Shown: positions 30,225 to 41,465, numbered from the stretch's first letter. The stretch: 64,000 nt of DNA from Obrimoposthia wandeli (GCA_977020255.1 CDROCS010000506.1:868001-932000), one strand, 5' to 3'. Translations and numbers: made by a program. Notes: generated by a model not told the origin, from the letters alone.

Positions 30225-31529
30225 TTATCGACAACCGACTTCAATATTAATGCGCTCTGCTATTTGTAGCAGGTTAATTTGCTCATCAGCTAATCCAGCA
30301 TTAACAATTGCTTGCGGCATACCATATACAACGCAAGATTGTGCATCTTGTGCCCATATTGTACTACCATGTTGTTTAAGTAATTTAGCGCCTTCTCGAC
30401 CATCAGCGCCCATGCCCGTTAATACAATCCCTAACACTTTATCGCGATATGATTTAGCTGCAGAGCCAAAGGTTATATCAACACTTGGTTTATAATTAAT
30501 ACCTTCTGGGCTTTCAATTACTTTTAACGTTAAACCACCCGCTTTACTTTCGATCAAGACTTGCTTACCACCCGGCGCTAAATAAGCCACTCCAGGCTGT
30601 AAGCGATCACCGTGCTGTGCTTCCTTTACCGTGATTTGGCATAAGGTATTTAATCGCGCTGCAAATGCCGAGGTAAATGTAGCTGGCATATGTTGAATCA
30701 GCAAAATAGGCAACGGGAAATTCTGGCGTAACGGTGTGAGTACGTTTTGCAATGCAACAGGGCCACCAGTCGAAGAACCGATTGCCAACAAAGCATATTT
30801 TTTACCTGATGCACGTTTAAGCACACGGCTTGCTGTTGGTAAAGCACGTGCTTCAGACGGACTATTATCAACATGATGCGTTTGACGAGAATCTAACGAA
30901 CTTAACGTATTTAAACGATTAGAGTCCGCAGTATGTCGAGCAAGGGGCGGCGTATGAATACGATTATCAGAAGTGCTATGGTTAACGGCGCTATGAGTAA
31001 TAGCCGATTTATTAGCAGTACTATTATTAATCGTGCTATTGCGCGTTAACGTAGGCGTCGGAATCGAACTTCTTATTGGTGCTGTATTCGTTGCGGTAGT
31101 ATTTACGCTGCGTGGCGTTCTCAATACACTACGTCGCTTACTAATTTCTTTAATATTTTGTTGTAATAATCTAACCGCTTCTGCTTTGTCTTTAGCTATA
31201 TCTTCAAATTTTTTCGGCAGGAAGTTAGCGGCTCCAGCCTCTAAAGCTTCCAGCGTTGACTTTGCGCCTTGATGCGTCAATGACGAAAACATTAAAATCG
31301 GTGTTGGAGTCTCTTTCATGATCACTTTCACCGCTGAAATACCATCAAGCACAGGCATTTCAATATCCATGGTGATCACATCGGGACGTAACGATTTTGC
31401 TTTAGTAATAGCCTCTTCGCCATTTACAGCTGTATCAATAACTTCCATTTCTGGATCTGCATTAATGATTTCACTTACTCTACGTCTGAAAAAACTAGAG
31501 TCATCAACGACTAAAACCTTTATTTTCAT
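30225..31529 (-). CDS. cheB: Chemotaxis methylesterase CheB
   Basis: Receiver domain; [19 protein letters not shown]. Confidence 0.96.
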   Translation of the reverse strand: MKIKVLVVDDSSFFRRRVSEIINADPEMEVIDTAVNGEEAITKAKSLRPDVITMDIEMPVLDGISAVKVIMKETPTPILMFSSLTHQGAKSTLEALEAGAANFLPKKFEDIAKDKAEAVRLLQQNIKEISKRRSVLRTPRSVNTTATNTAPIRSSIPTPTLTRNSTINNSTANKSAITHSAVNHSTSDNRIHTPPLARHTADSNRLNTLSSLDSRQTHHVDNSPSEARALPTASRVLKRASGKKYALLAIGSSTGGPVALQNVLTPLRQNFPLPILLIQHMPATFTSAFAARLNTLCQITVKEAQHGDRLQPGVAYLAPGGKQVLIESKAGGLTLKVIESPEGINYKPSVDITFGSAAKSYRDKVLGIVLTGMGADGREGAKLLKQHGSTIWAQDAQSCVVYGMPQAIVNAGLADEQINLLQIAERINIEVGCR

Positions 31530-31599
31530 CTGATCTATCTACTTCAATATGTCTACATCAATGTAAAAGCACACAGGGGTTTCCCCCTGCATCAACAAA

Positions 31600-33735
31600 T
31601 TAACGTTTTGCGTAATGATTTAAGAGACTTGGGATATCTAAAATCAATGCAATACCACCATCACTGGTAATTGTCGCACCAGCCATGCCTGGTGTACCTT
31701 GTAATAAGTTGTCTAACGCTTTAATCACAACTTCTTCTTGACCAATCAGACTATCAACAACGAAACCAACTTGCTTGAGGCCTAATTGTACAATAACCAC
31801 ATGGCCTAGTCCGCGCTCACTGCGAGCCTCAGACTGAGGGTCCATTTTAGTTAACCAATCCTGTAGATAGAATAACGGTATCGCTTTTTCTCTCACGATA
31901 ATCGTCAGTTGCTTATCCACAATATGGGTTTTATTTAGATCAAGATGGAATATTTCATTTACGCTCGTTAATGGTAACGCGAAGATCTGCTTACCCACTT
32001 CAACCATTAATGTCGGCAAAATAGCCAGTGTTAGCGGCACTTTAATAAAGATTGTCGTACCAGTACCCAGGTTTGAATCAATCGAAATAGTACCATTAAG
32101 CTTACTAATACCGGTCTTAACAACATCCATACCAACACCACGTCCAGAGATATCTGAAATCTTCTCTTTGGTTGAGAAGCCGGGTGCAAAAATAAGGTTG
32201 TATGCTTCATTATCCGAAATGCGTGCCGCTGAATCAGCGTCCAGCACACCACGGTCAATCGCAATTTGTTTTAATCGTTCAGCGTCCATACCGGCGCCAT
32301 CATCAACGATTTTCAAACTAATATGGTCGCCTTCTTGTGAGGCAGATAAGGTAATATTACCTTGTCTAGGTTTACCATTTTTCTCACGTACGTCTGGCAT
32401 TTCAATACCGTGATCCACCGAGTTTCTCACTAAGTGAACCAGGGGATCCGCAAGTGCTTCCACTAAATTCTTATCTAAATCTGTTTCTTCACCAACCAAT
32501 TCAAGATTAATGTCTTTCGCTAAAGTACGTGCTAAATCACGTACAACACGGGGGAAACGACCAAATACTTTTTTGATTGGTTGCATCCGTGTTTTCATTA
32601 CTGCGCCTTGTAAATCAGCAGTAACCACATCAAGATTAGACACAGCTTTAGTCATGTCTTCATCATTCGTTGAAATTCCCAAGCTCACTAAACGGTTACG
32701 AACAAGTACTAACTCGCCCACCATATTCATGATTTCATCCAACGTACGAGTATCAACACGTACTGTTGATTCCGCTTGTGGTTTGGCTTTTTTATCGGTT
32801 TTTGCTGCTGGCTCATTCGCTTTCGCAACGGCTGCTTTGACTGGAGCAGCGACAACAGGTGCAACAGGTGTTGCTACCGCAGTTGCTGTTACAGGTGCTA
32901 CTTGAGCTGGTGCTGCCTGAGCAGTAACGACAGGTGCAGCGACTGCACTTGGTGCATTACCTTTACCATATAGCTCATCAAGTAGATCTTCAAAATCAAC
33001 ATCGCTGATGTCTGCTGTATTACTACTCGCTACCGTTGGCGTTGGCGTTGGCGTTGGCGTTGCAATACTATGCTGACCAACACCATGCAAATCATCAAGT
33101 AATTTTTCAAATTCATCATCAGTAAAATCGACATTTGAACTTACCGGAGTGATCACAGCAGTAGGTTTACTTGCTGCAACATTAACTGCTGTAGGCGTAC
33201 CACCTTGACCATGTAATTCATCAAGTAATTTTTCAAATTCGAGTTCTGACATGCCATCAATATCAGTGCTACTAGCAACTGAAGAGACGGGTGTCGGGAT
33301 ATCTGCAACAACAGGCGCTTCAATCACAGCTGCTGGTGCAGATTCAGGTTGAGTAAGCAAATGTAGTTGATGAATTAATGCCGCATCTGCTGCAACAAGA
33401 GGCTCTCTTTGCTGAATTGCGACAAACATTTCGTTTACGCAATCCAATGATTTAAGAATAACATCCATTAATTCAGGTGTTACTGCTCGAAGTCCATTAC
33501 GTAGGCTATCAAATACGTTTTCAGCACCGTGGCATATATCAACTAAATCTGATAATGCTAAAAACCCGGCGCCACCTTTAACGGTATGGAACCCCCTAAA
33601 GATTGCATTTAGCAATTCTGAGTCTTCTGGACGTTTTTCTAAATCAACGAGTTGCTCAGAGAGTAATTCTAGTATTTCAGATGCTTCAATCAGGAAGTCC
33701 TGTAGAATATCTTCATCAACATCAAAGCCCATCAA
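31600..33735 (-). CDS. cheA: Chemotaxis histidine kinase CheA
   Basis: FRGFHTVKGGAG (Hpt), HLVRNSVDHGIE, SGRGVGMDVV, C-terminal CheW domain. Confidence 0.97.
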   Translation of the reverse strand: MMGFDVDEDILQDFLIEASEILELLSEQLVDLEKRPEDSELLNAIFRGFHTVKGGAGFLALSDLVDICHGAENVFDSLRNGLRAVTPELMDVILKSLDCVNEMFVAIQQREPLVAADAALIHQLHLLTQPESAPAAVIEAPVVADIPTPVSSVASSTDIDGMSELEFEKLLDELHGQGGTPTAVNVAASKPTAVITPVSSNVDFTDDEFEKLLDDLHGVGQHSIATPTPTPTPTVASSNTADISDVDFEDLLDELYGKGNAPSAVAAPVVTAQAAPAQVAPVTATAVATPVAPVVAAPVKAAVAKANEPAAKTDKKAKPQAESTVRVDTRTLDEIMNMVGELVLVRNRLVSLGISTNDEDMTKAVSNLDVVTADLQGAVMKTRMQPIKKVFGRFPRVVRDLARTLAKDINLELVGEETDLDKNLVEALADPLVHLVRNSVDHGIEMPDVREKNGKPRQGNITLSASQEGDHISLKIVDDGAGMDAERLKQIAIDRGVLDADSAARISDNEAYNLIFAPGFSTKEKISDISGRGVGMDVVKTGISKLNGTISIDSNLGTGTTIFIKVPLTLAILPTLMVEVGKQIFALPLTSVNEIFHLDLNKTHIVDKQLTIIVREKAIPLFYLQDWLTKMDPQSEARSERGLGHVVIVQLGLKQVGFVVDSLIGQEEVVIKALDNLLQGTPGMAGATITSDGGIALILDIPSLLNHYAKR
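33035..33062 (-). repeat. (GTTGGC)4 in-frame microsatellite encoding TPTPTPTPT in the CheA linker
   Basis: Seen directly. Confidence 0.9.
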
Positions 33736-33743
33736 TATCTCCC

Positions 33744-34499
33744 TTAAAATCCTAAACTTGATAATAAATCATCAACATCATTTTGGCCGTCTACCACATC
33801 AACACGTTCACTCGCGTTCATGATCGGACCTTCAGCCTCAATACCACTTATTTCTTTAATCTGCTCTGTTGATTTGCTTAATGGTTTTGCTGCTTCACCA
33901 AACATCGTCAACATTTCAACTAATTTAACTTCAACTTCTTGCACTAGATTAATCACACGACGGATCATTTGACCTGTTAAGTCTTGGAAATCTTGTGCCA
34001 TTAGAATTTCGGTTAAGTACTGTCTTAGGCTATCGGCATCAGAGACAGAAACTTGAAGGAAATCATCTAATAAATTACAAAGTTCTTTAAATTGACCGAG
34101 TTGCAAATCTCGATTCATCAAGCTCTTCCAATTTGGCATCACTTGTTGAATACGATCGTTAAAACTATCGGCAATTGGCAAGCAAGCTTCAACGGCATCC
34201 ATAGTTCGGTTTGCCGCTTTATCCGTCATTTCGATCACGTAATTTAAACGCTCTCTCGCATCAGGAAACTCATCGTTAGCTAAACTTTCAATACGTGTAT
34301 CTAATTGGAAGTCTTCTAATGAATCATGAAGTTGGCGCGTTAACACACCGACTTTATCAAACAGAGCATCGGAACTTGTATTTTGAATATCGGTGATGAT
34401 TTCATTGGCCATTTCAATCTGGTCACACTCTAACAGTGCAACCAATTCTTTAGCTTTTTCTAATGAAATCAAAGATTCTACTTTTTCACTCATGCGCAT
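33744..34499 (-). CDS. cheZ: CheY-P phosphatase CheZ
   Basis: LTRQLHDSL, AQDFQDLTGQ, QNDVDDLLSSLGF. Confidence 0.96.
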   Translation of the reverse strand: MRMSEKVESLISLEKAKELVALLECDQIEMANEIITDIQNTSSDALFDKVGVLTRQLHDSLEDFQLDTRIESLANDEFPDARERLNYVIEMTDKAANRTMDAVEACLPIADSFNDRIQQVMPNWKSLMNRDLQLGQFKELCNLLDDFLQVSVSDADSLRQYLTEILMAQDFQDLTGQMIRRVINLVQEVEVKLVEMLTMFGEAAKPLSKSTEQIKEISGIEAEGPIMNASERVDVVDGQNDVDDLLSSLGF

Positions 34500-34505
34500 C
34501 CCTGA

Positions 34506-34889
34506 CTATTGAATTCGTTCGAAGATCTTCTCTAATTTTTCTTTTAATGTCGCTGCTGTGAATGGTTTGATAATGTAGCCATTTACGCCTGATTGTGCAG
34601 CTTCAATAATCTGTTCGCGTTTCGCTTCAGCCGTAACCATCAATACTGGAATATGGCAAAGCGCTTGATCTTTACGGATCTCTTTAAGCAGATCAATACC
34701 TTGCATGCCAGGCATATTCCAGTCAGTGACAACAAAGTCATAATCGCCATTTTTAAGCATAGGTAACGCGGTGTTACCGTCATCAGCTTCGTAAGTATTA
34801 CTAAAACCAAGATCGCGCAATAAGTTTTTAATGATACGTCTCATCGTAGAAAAATCATCAACGATAAGAATTTTAATTTGCTTTTTCAA
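34506..34889 (-). CDS. cheY: Response regulator CheY
   Basis: [24 protein letters not shown]; start placed at TTG 34889 after GGAG (ORF track gives 34901). Confidence 0.95.
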   Translation of the reverse strand: MKKQIKILIVDDFSTMRRIIKNLLRDLGFSNTYEADDGNTALPMLKNGDYDFVVTDWNMPGMQGIDLLKEIRKDQALCHIPVLMVTAEAKREQIIEAAQSGVNGYIIKPFTAATLKEKLEKIFERIQ

Positions 34890-34989
34890 GTTGTTCTCCA
34901 AAATAAGTAATTACAATATTTACCGGTCCTGATTCCCATAAATATATTACTTCAATATTCAGGTACTGAATAAATAGTACCAATTAAAC

Positions 34990-35715
34990 TTAATCATCAA
35001 TCCAAGCGTGCATACGTGCTTTAACACGATGCATTGCTTGACTGTGTATTTGACTTACTCGAGATTCACTGACACTAAGCACTTCCCCGATCTCTCTTAG
35101 GTTTAACTCTTCATCGTAATAAAGCGATAAAACTAAGCATTCTCTTTCCGGTAATGTTTTAATGCAATCTGCTAGTGCTTGCTGAAAACGTTGGTCAGAA
35201 AAGTCGGCACAAGGGGTACTTGATTTACCTTCATAAGCTGAATAAGCGTCTTCATTACTTGCAGTCAGATCCTCGACCGCCAATATATGCCCACTGTTAA
35301 CATCCATCAACATACTATGGTAGTCGGCCAAGCTAACGCCTAACTCTACAGCAACATCGGTATCTTTTGCGTCCGTTCCCGTGTGTTTCTCGATACGATC
35401 GATGGCCGACGCAATATCGCGACCATTTTTATGTACCGATCTTGGTACCCAGTCTCCACGTCTCATTTCATCTATCATTGAGCCGCGAATACGAATACCA
35501 GCATAGGTTTCAAAACTAGCACCTTTAGTGCCATCAAAATTGCGCGCAGCATCCAGTAACCCAATCATACCTGACTGGATTAAATCATCTAACTGAACAC
35601 TCGGCGGCAAACGTAGAAGCAAGTGATGGGCAATTCGTTTTACTAAGAAACCGAATTGCTCAACAGCCTGCTTCTGTTGCGACTGGATGCTAGTGTAAGG
35701 GGATGCCTTATTCAC
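34990..35715 (-). CDS. fliA: Flagellar sigma factor sigma28
   Basis: DDLIQSGMIGLL, YAGIRIRGSMIDEMR, SESRVSQIH. Confidence 0.97.
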   Translation of the reverse strand: MNKASPYTSIQSQQKQAVEQFGFLVKRIAHHLLLRLPPSVQLDDLIQSGMIGLLDAARNFDGTKGASFETYAGIRIRGSMIDEMRRGDWVPRSVHKNGRDIASAIDRIEKHTGTDAKDTDVAVELGVSLADYHSMLMDVNSGHILAVEDLTASNEDAYSAYEGKSSTPCADFSDQRFQQALADCIKTLPERECLVLSLYYDEELNLREIGEVLSVSESRVSQIHSQAMHRVKARMHAWIDD

Positions 35716-35716
35716 T

Positions 35717-36592
35717 TCAATCTTCTACCCTGGCTTTGTTCTCAAACAGATTCTCAATGAAAAACTCTAGATGACCACCGGCTCTATTCGGTACCGGCCA
35801 AGTAGCAGCTTTACTTGCCAATGCTCTAAACGCAAGTGACGCAGGTGCTTTTGGAAACGCCTCTACAACCACTTTTTGTTTACGCACAGCTTGACGAACA
35901 CTGTTATCAAACGGAATACAAGCAACAAGTTCTAATGTTGCATCTAAAAATCGGTCGGTGACACGTGTCAGCTTAGTAAATAGTTCTTGGCCTTCACGTA
36001 AACTGCGTACCATATTGGCAACAATCTTAAAACGATGAACACCGTGCTCTTTGGATAATAATTTTATTAACGCGTAAGCATCAGTAATCGATGTCGGTTC
36101 ATCACACACCACCATCAAGATATCTTGAGAAGCACGGCAAAAACTTAATACCATGTCCGAAATACCGGCGGCAGTATCGACTAATAACACATCGATAGGA
36201 GTCTTCAACTCACCAAAAGCACGGATTAAACCCGCGTGTTCTTGCACCGATAACTCCACCATCGAGCGCGTACCCGATGTTGCAGGTGCGATCAAAATGC
36301 CATTTGGCCCTTCAATCAAAATATCGTCTAATGTGCATTCACCCGATATCACGTGAGAGATATTTTTGTGTACACGTAAACCAAGTAAAACATCGACATT
36401 TGCCAATCCGAGATCGGCATCTAAAACCATCACTCGCTTGCCTTGAGCCGCGAGTGCTACTGCCATGTTCAGTGTTACGTTAGTTTTACCTACGCCACCT
36501 TTACCACCTGAAACGGCAATAACTTTAACTTTTTTGTTATTACTCATTTGTCTTAGACCACTTGCTTGATCGAAAAAATTATTTTTATTCAT
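35717..36592 (-). CDS. flhG: Flagellar number regulator FlhG (MinD-like)
   Basis: GGKGGVGKT, DADLGLANVD, EPTSITDAYALIK. Confidence 0.95.
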   Translation of the reverse strand: MNKNNFFDQASGLRQMSNNKKVKVIAVSGGKGGVGKTNVTLNMAVALAAQGKRVMVLDADLGLANVDVLLGLRVHKNISHVISGECTLDDILIEGPNGILIAPATSGTRSMVELSVQEHAGLIRAFGELKTPIDVLLVDTAAGISDMVLSFCRASQDILMVVCDEPTSITDAYALIKLLSKEHGVHRFKIVANMVRSLREGQELFTKLTRVTDRFLDATLELVACIPFDNSVRQAVRKQKVVVEAFPKAPASLAFRALASKAATWPVPNRAGGHLEFFIENLFENKARVED

Positions 36593-36594
36593 TA

Positions 36595-38091
36595 CTATTT
36601 ATCATCGCCTAACCAAAAATGGGTGTCGTTTTGTTCTTCACGTGTATCTCTGTTGAGTACAGTACTCACTAACTGCTGTGCATTAGCTGAATCTATATCT
36701 TCAGGTACTCTCTGCCCATTGGTAATATAAGCAATCGGCAGTTGATGTTGTATTAATACACTTAAAATTTCACCGAGACTTAAACTTTCATCCACTTTAC
36801 TTAGAATACAGCCCGATAACGGAATGTGGTGAAAATGCTCAAGTGTTTCTTGTACGACCCTACGTTGTGCGGTTGCAGGAACAACTAAATAGTTACGAAT
36901 CACGACTTTTTCATTATTAACTAATGTCTTTAACTGTTCAGATAAACGCGTATCGCGCTGACCCATACCAGCAGTGTCAATCAAAACTAAACGCTTACTA
37001 CGTAATTGATACAAGTATTGTGCCAACTCCGCATCATCACGTGCAACCTTAACGGTACAGCCCATTATACGGCCATAAGTCGCTAATTGTTCGTGTGCAC
37101 CAATACGATATGTATCAGTTGTGATCAACGCGACATTCTCAGAACCATGTAACATGGCAAATTTTGCCGCTAGTTTGGCGATGGTTGTCGTTTTGCCGAC
37201 CCCCGTTGGACCAACTAAGGCAACGGCACCGCCTTTACTTAAAATATCATCTTGTGCAATCAGAACGTTATCGATCAATAATGCTTGAATTTGATCCCAT
37301 GCGGATTCAATTGAACAGTTTTCTGCCACACAATTGGCCAACTGATCGGCTATTTCTTCAGCGAAACCAATCTTAACCAAATGCTTAATCAACATAGCAC
37401 GAATAGGTTCGTTACGTTCAACTTCCTGCCACTGTAAGCCTGAGACTTGATGCTCAAGCAACTGGCGAATTGAAGCCAGTTCTGCTTTCATTGCGCTAAT
37501 GTCTTGTTGGTTATCTGTTTTTGGCGCAGTTGACTCAAACGGCTTATAGCCATTTTTCTGTGGCTGCTTAGCCATACCATCACGCATTTCGTTTTGTTCT
37601 GCGAGTGTAGCTGGCGCAGATTTTGGTGGCTCAGCGAAACGTCGGGGCACAGGTTTCTTCAAAAAGCTGGTATCCCAGCTATTTTCTTCAGCGCTGCTGT
37701 CTTCATTCTTTATTGCTTGCGACATCTGTTGTTTATGTTCTTGCTGACGTGCCAATAAGCTCGCTAATGAATCCGTTGGTTTTACCATTTTTTCGGGTTC
37801 AGCTTGCTGGGACATTTCACTCGTCATTAACTTTTTGAAACTAAATTTAGATGCCGATAAATTGACGGAGTCTTCAGAAAGTTGACGATTGTTCTTATTC
37901 TTTACAGGTGTTTTTTCCGCTGCAGGTTCCGGTGCTGCGGGCTGACTTTCAGAGAAATCCACAGCAGCAACGATCTCGATGCCACCAGTGACCTTTTTGT
38001 TAGACATAATTACAGCGTCAGGCCCAAGAACCTCTTTGACTTCAGCCAATGCCGCTCGCATATCTTTGGCAAAAAAGCGCTTTATTTTCAA
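36595..38091 (-). CDS. flhF: SRP-type GTPase FlhF
   Basis: MKIKRFFAKDM, GPTGVGKTTT, DTYRIGA, DTAG, SKVDE. Confidence 0.96.
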   Translation of the reverse strand: MKIKRFFAKDMRAALAEVKEVLGPDAVIMSNKKVTGGIEIVAAVDFSESQPAAPEPAAEKTPVKNKNNRQLSEDSVNLSASKFSFKKLMTSEMSQQAEPEKMVKPTDSLASLLARQQEHKQQMSQAIKNEDSSAEENSWDTSFLKKPVPRRFAEPPKSAPATLAEQNEMRDGMAKQPQKNGYKPFESTAPKTDNQQDISAMKAELASIRQLLEHQVSGLQWQEVERNEPIRAMLIKHLVKIGFAEEIADQLANCVAENCSIESAWDQIQALLIDNVLIAQDDILSKGGAVALVGPTGVGKTTTIAKLAAKFAMLHGSENVALITTDTYRIGAHEQLATYGRIMGCTVKVARDDAELAQYLYQLRSKRLVLIDTAGMGQRDTRLSEQLKTLVNNEKVVIRNYLVVPATAQRRVVQETLEHFHHIPLSGCILSKVDESLSLGEILSVLIQHQLPIAYITNGQRVPEDIDSANAQQLVSTVLNRDTREEQNDTHFWLGDDK

Positions 38092-38135
38092 CTTATCATC
38101 CTTAGTACTGTTCGCTACTGTAATTTATTAACGCG

Positions 38136-40235
38136 TTATTGACCGACAACACTGACAATTCTAATCTGCTTATCATCAGGTACTTCTTGGTACGACAATA
38201 CCCGTAATGATGGAATTGAGAATTTCACAAATTTCGCCAATGTTGACCTTAATACCCCAGACGTTAATAAGATTGCTGGTTGCCCTGCTAGTTCTTGATT
38301 TTGTGCAACTTCAGCTAATGACGTTTGCATACGTTCTGCTAACCCAGGTTCAATACCAGCACCTTCACTACCGGCAGCCTGCAAAGACTGATGTAATATT
38401 TGCTCTAATTCTGGTGCCAGTGTCACCACTGGTAATTCGCTATCGATACCATTAATGTCCTGCACTATCATACGGCGTAAGCTGACACGACAAGCAGAAA
38501 TAAGTACTTCTGGATCTTGTGTTTTAGTGCCGTATTCAGCCATCGTTTCGACAATGGTGCGTATATCTCGAATGGGTACGTTATCATGTAATAGCCCTTT
38601 TAGTACTTTCACTACCACACCTAGTGGTAAAATCTCAGGCACTAAACTTTCAACCAACTTCGGATGCGTTTTTGCTAACACATCTAATAAGTTCTGCACT
38701 TCTTCATAGCCGAGTAACTGCGACGCATTATTTAGCAGTAATTGACTCAAGTGTGTCGCAACAACCGTAGCCGAGTCAACCGCTGTATAGCCCAAGGTTT
38801 GCGCTTGATCACGCTGTTGCGGGTTGATCCACAACGCGGGTAAACCAAAAGCCGGATCGATGGTTGAAATGCCATCAATTTTACCGTAAACCTGACCTGG
38901 GTTAATCGCTAACTCTTTATCATGGAAGATTTCAATTTCGCCATTTGATACCCCCATAATGTTAATACTATAACAATTTGGTGGTAGGTCTAAGTTGTCA
39001 CGAATATGTACCGCGGGTACCAAGAAACCTAATTCTTGCGATAATTTTTTACGCACACCTTTAATACGATTTAATAATTCGCCACCTTGGGTCTTATCAA
39101 CCATAGGAATAAGGCGATAACCCACTTCTAAACCGATAGTATCAACTGGTTTTACATCATCCCAGTCAAGATCTTTTTGATCATTAATATTCGCTTTTAC
39201 ATCTGCATCTTCTGGAAGCACATCTGCACTTTTTTCACGTTCTGTTTGTTTTTTCATTAACCACCAAGCCCAACCACCAGTGATTAAACCAAAGCTAATA
39301 AAAGCCAGATGCGGCATACCCGGTACGATACCCATCACCGTCATAATCACGCCAACAACCGCTAACGCTTTCGGATTAGCAACCATCTGACTGCTAACTT
39401 GTGTCCCGAGTTTTTCATCTTTATTCTGACGGGTAACAATAATCGCCGCAGCAATAGATAACAACAATGACGGAATTTGCGCAACCAGACCATCACCAAT
39501 CGTCAGTAATGTGTAAATTTTACCCGCTTCCGAAAAACTTAAATCATGCTGCGAAACACCGATGATAAGACCACCGATAATATTGATAAATAAAATCAAT
39601 AAACCGGCAACCGCATCACCTTTTACAAATTTACTGGCACCATCCATCGAACCATAAAAATCAGCTTCTTCAGTCACTTCTGCACGGCGCTGTTTGGCTT
39701 GCTCTTGATCAATAATGCCCGCGTTTAAATCGGCATCAATCGCCATCTGTTTACCTGGCATCGCATCCAAGGTAAAACGCGCGCTTACTTCCGAGATACG
39801 ACCAGCACCTTTGGTCACTACCGCAAAGTTAATAATCATCAGGATCATGAATACGATCAGACCCACCGCCAAATTTCCGCCGATCACCACAGAACCAAAA
39901 GCGTCAATCACTTTACCGGCAGCATCACCACCATTATGGCCTTCCAATAATACCACTCGTGTCGAGGCGACATTCAGGGCTAAACGCAGTAATGTTGCAA
40001 TTAACAGTACGGTCGGAAAGGCTGCAAATTCAAGGGGTTTATTTACATATACCGAAACAAGTAAAACTAATAACGACAATGCGATATTAAAAGAAAAGAA
40101 GATATCTAACAGGAATGCAGGTATCGGTAATACAACCATACCTAACGTAGCGAGTACCACTATCGGGGTGCCGATATTTTCTAGCGCGACCGCTCTTTTA
40201 CCCCAGATTTTGGATAGATGTGTTGCTACTTGCAT
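38136..40235 (-). CDS. flhA: Flagellar export gate FlhA
   Basis: EVSARFTLDAMPGKQMAIDADL, FYGSMDGASKFVKGD. Confidence 0.97.
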   Translation of the reverse strand: MQVATHLSKIWGKRAVALENIGTPIVVLATLGMVVLPIPAFLLDIFFSFNIALSLLVLLVSVYVNKPLEFAAFPTVLLIATLLRLALNVASTRVVLLEGHNGGDAAGKVIDAFGSVVIGGNLAVGLIVFMILMIINFAVVTKGAGRISEVSARFTLDAMPGKQMAIDADLNAGIIDQEQAKQRRAEVTEEADFYGSMDGASKFVKGDAVAGLLILFINIIGGLIIGVSQHDLSFSEAGKIYTLLTIGDGLVAQIPSLLLSIAAAIIVTRQNKDEKLGTQVSSQMVANPKALAVVGVIMTVMGIVPGMPHLAFISFGLITGGWAWWLMKKQTEREKSADVLPEDADVKANINDQKDLDWDDVKPVDTIGLEVGYRLIPMVDKTQGGELLNRIKGVRKKLSQELGFLVPAVHIRDNLDLPPNCYSINIMGVSNGEIEIFHDKELAINPGQVYGKIDGISTIDPAFGLPALWINPQQRDQAQTLGYTAVDSATVVATHLSQLLLNNASQLLGYEEVQNLLDVLAKTHPKLVESLVPEILPLGVVVKVLKGLLHDNVPIRDIRTIVETMAEYGTKTQDPEVLISACRVSLRRMIVQDINGIDSELPVVTLAPELEQILHQSLQAAGSEGAGIEPGLAERMQTSLAEVAQNQELAGQPAILLTSGVLRSTLAKFVKFSIPSLRVLSYQEVPDDKQIRIVSVVGQ

Positions 40236-40270
40236 TCGAAGACCTCAAAAAATTATGCTCGCTAGTATAA

Positions 40271-40287
40271 AGCAATAATCATACCGA
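40271..40287 (-). promoter_or_regulatory. sigma54 promoter of flhA
   Basis: TCGGTAT-GATTA-TTGCT; GG-N10-GC spacing. Confidence 0.65.
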
Positions 40288-40334
40288 TGGCAAAAGCATT
40301 AGCAGTCTTAGTGCAAAATGGCACTGAAATAGTA

Positions 40335-41465
40335 TTAATATTTCAAATCATCCGGTATATCCATGGCTTTAGGCAATGGTTTAGGACGATTACCTTTACG
40401 CTGCTTAAACTGTTCAAGTTGATAGACATAAGCAAGTATCTGAGCCACTGCAATAAACAAACCTTCAGGGATGGGATCATCAATCTCGGTAGAGTGATAA
40501 ATAGCACGTGTTAAAGCCGCTGACTCCAAAATAGGCACTTGATGTGCTTTGGCCATTTCTCGAATACGAAATGCAGCGTGATCAACACCTTTAGCCACGA
40601 CTTTAGGGGCTGAGCTCCCCGATTTATCATATTTTAACGCGACAGAATAATGGGTCGGGTTGGTAATAATTACATCCGCATCAGGGACATTTCCCATCAT
40701 ACGACGCTGTGATACCTCCATCTGCATTTGTCTTATCTTGCCTTTTAGCTGTGGATTACCATTCACATCTTTCATTTCGTCTTTGACTTCTTGTTTGGTC
40801 ATGCGCAATTCTTTGGCATGCTTCCAATATTGATATGGTACGTCTATGGCGACAATGACAATCAAAGAGGCGCAAAGCCAGATAAAAACATCGGTCAAGA
40901 AGGTTAACGATTCAATAATCGAGATATGTAATGGCTGAAGGCTAAACTCCATGATTTGTAAAAATTCATTTTTTAGCACCATCAAGGCAATGGTCACTAC
41001 GACCGCAACTTTGGCAATTGATTTAATCAATTCCACCATTGCTTGCGGGCCCATCATTCTTTTAAGACCCGCTTTAGGGGACATTTTAGATGCTTTAGGG
41101 CGAATTGATTCACCACTAAAAACCACCCCACCCATCATGATATTACCGATAATACCAGCAAGGAAACCGATAATCATGATGCCGAATATAGGCCAAAATA
41201 ACGGTTTAATACTCACTTTCACAATTTCAATCAAGATTTCAGGGTTGAAGACTTCTTCACGTTCAAGTTTAAAAAGACGGGTCATATTGGTAACAAGCGC
41301 ACGTGCTAATGCATCACCAAAAGCTAAAAAAGCTGCACCTGTCGCCGTCAGTACTAAGGTGGTTGCCAATTCTTTCGAACGAACGACCTGACCTTTCTCC
41401 CTGGCTTGGGTGAGCTTTTTCTCGGTGGCGTCTTCGGTTTGTTCTTGACCGTCTTTTTCAGCCAT
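40335..41465 (-). CDS. flhB: Flagellar export protein FlhB
   Basis: TEDATEKKL, NPTH autocleavage site, PKVVAKG. Confidence 0.97.
   Translation of the reverse strand: MAEKDGQEQTEDATEKKLTQAREKGQVVRSKELATTLVLTATGAAFLAFGDALARALVTNMTRLFKLEREEVFNPEILIEIVKVSIKPLFWPIFGIMIIGFLAGIIGNIMMGGVVFSGESIRPKASKMSPKAGLKRMMGPQAMVELIKSIAKVAVVVTIALMVLKNEFLQIMEFSLQPLHISIIESLTFLTDVFIWLCASLIVIVAIDVPYQYWKHAKELRMTKQEVKDEMKDVNGNPQLKGKIRQMQMEVSQRRMMGNVPDADVIITNPTHYSVALKYDKSGSSAPKVVAKGVDHAAFRIREMAKAHQVPILESAALTRAIYHSTEIDDPIPEGLFIAVAQILAYVYQLEQFKQRKGNRPKPLPKAMDIPDDLKY

Noticed and set aside
37834-37860. GCCGATAA sigma28 -10 inside flhF on the plus strand
   Set aside because: No TAAA -35 at the right spacing, and antisense to the operon
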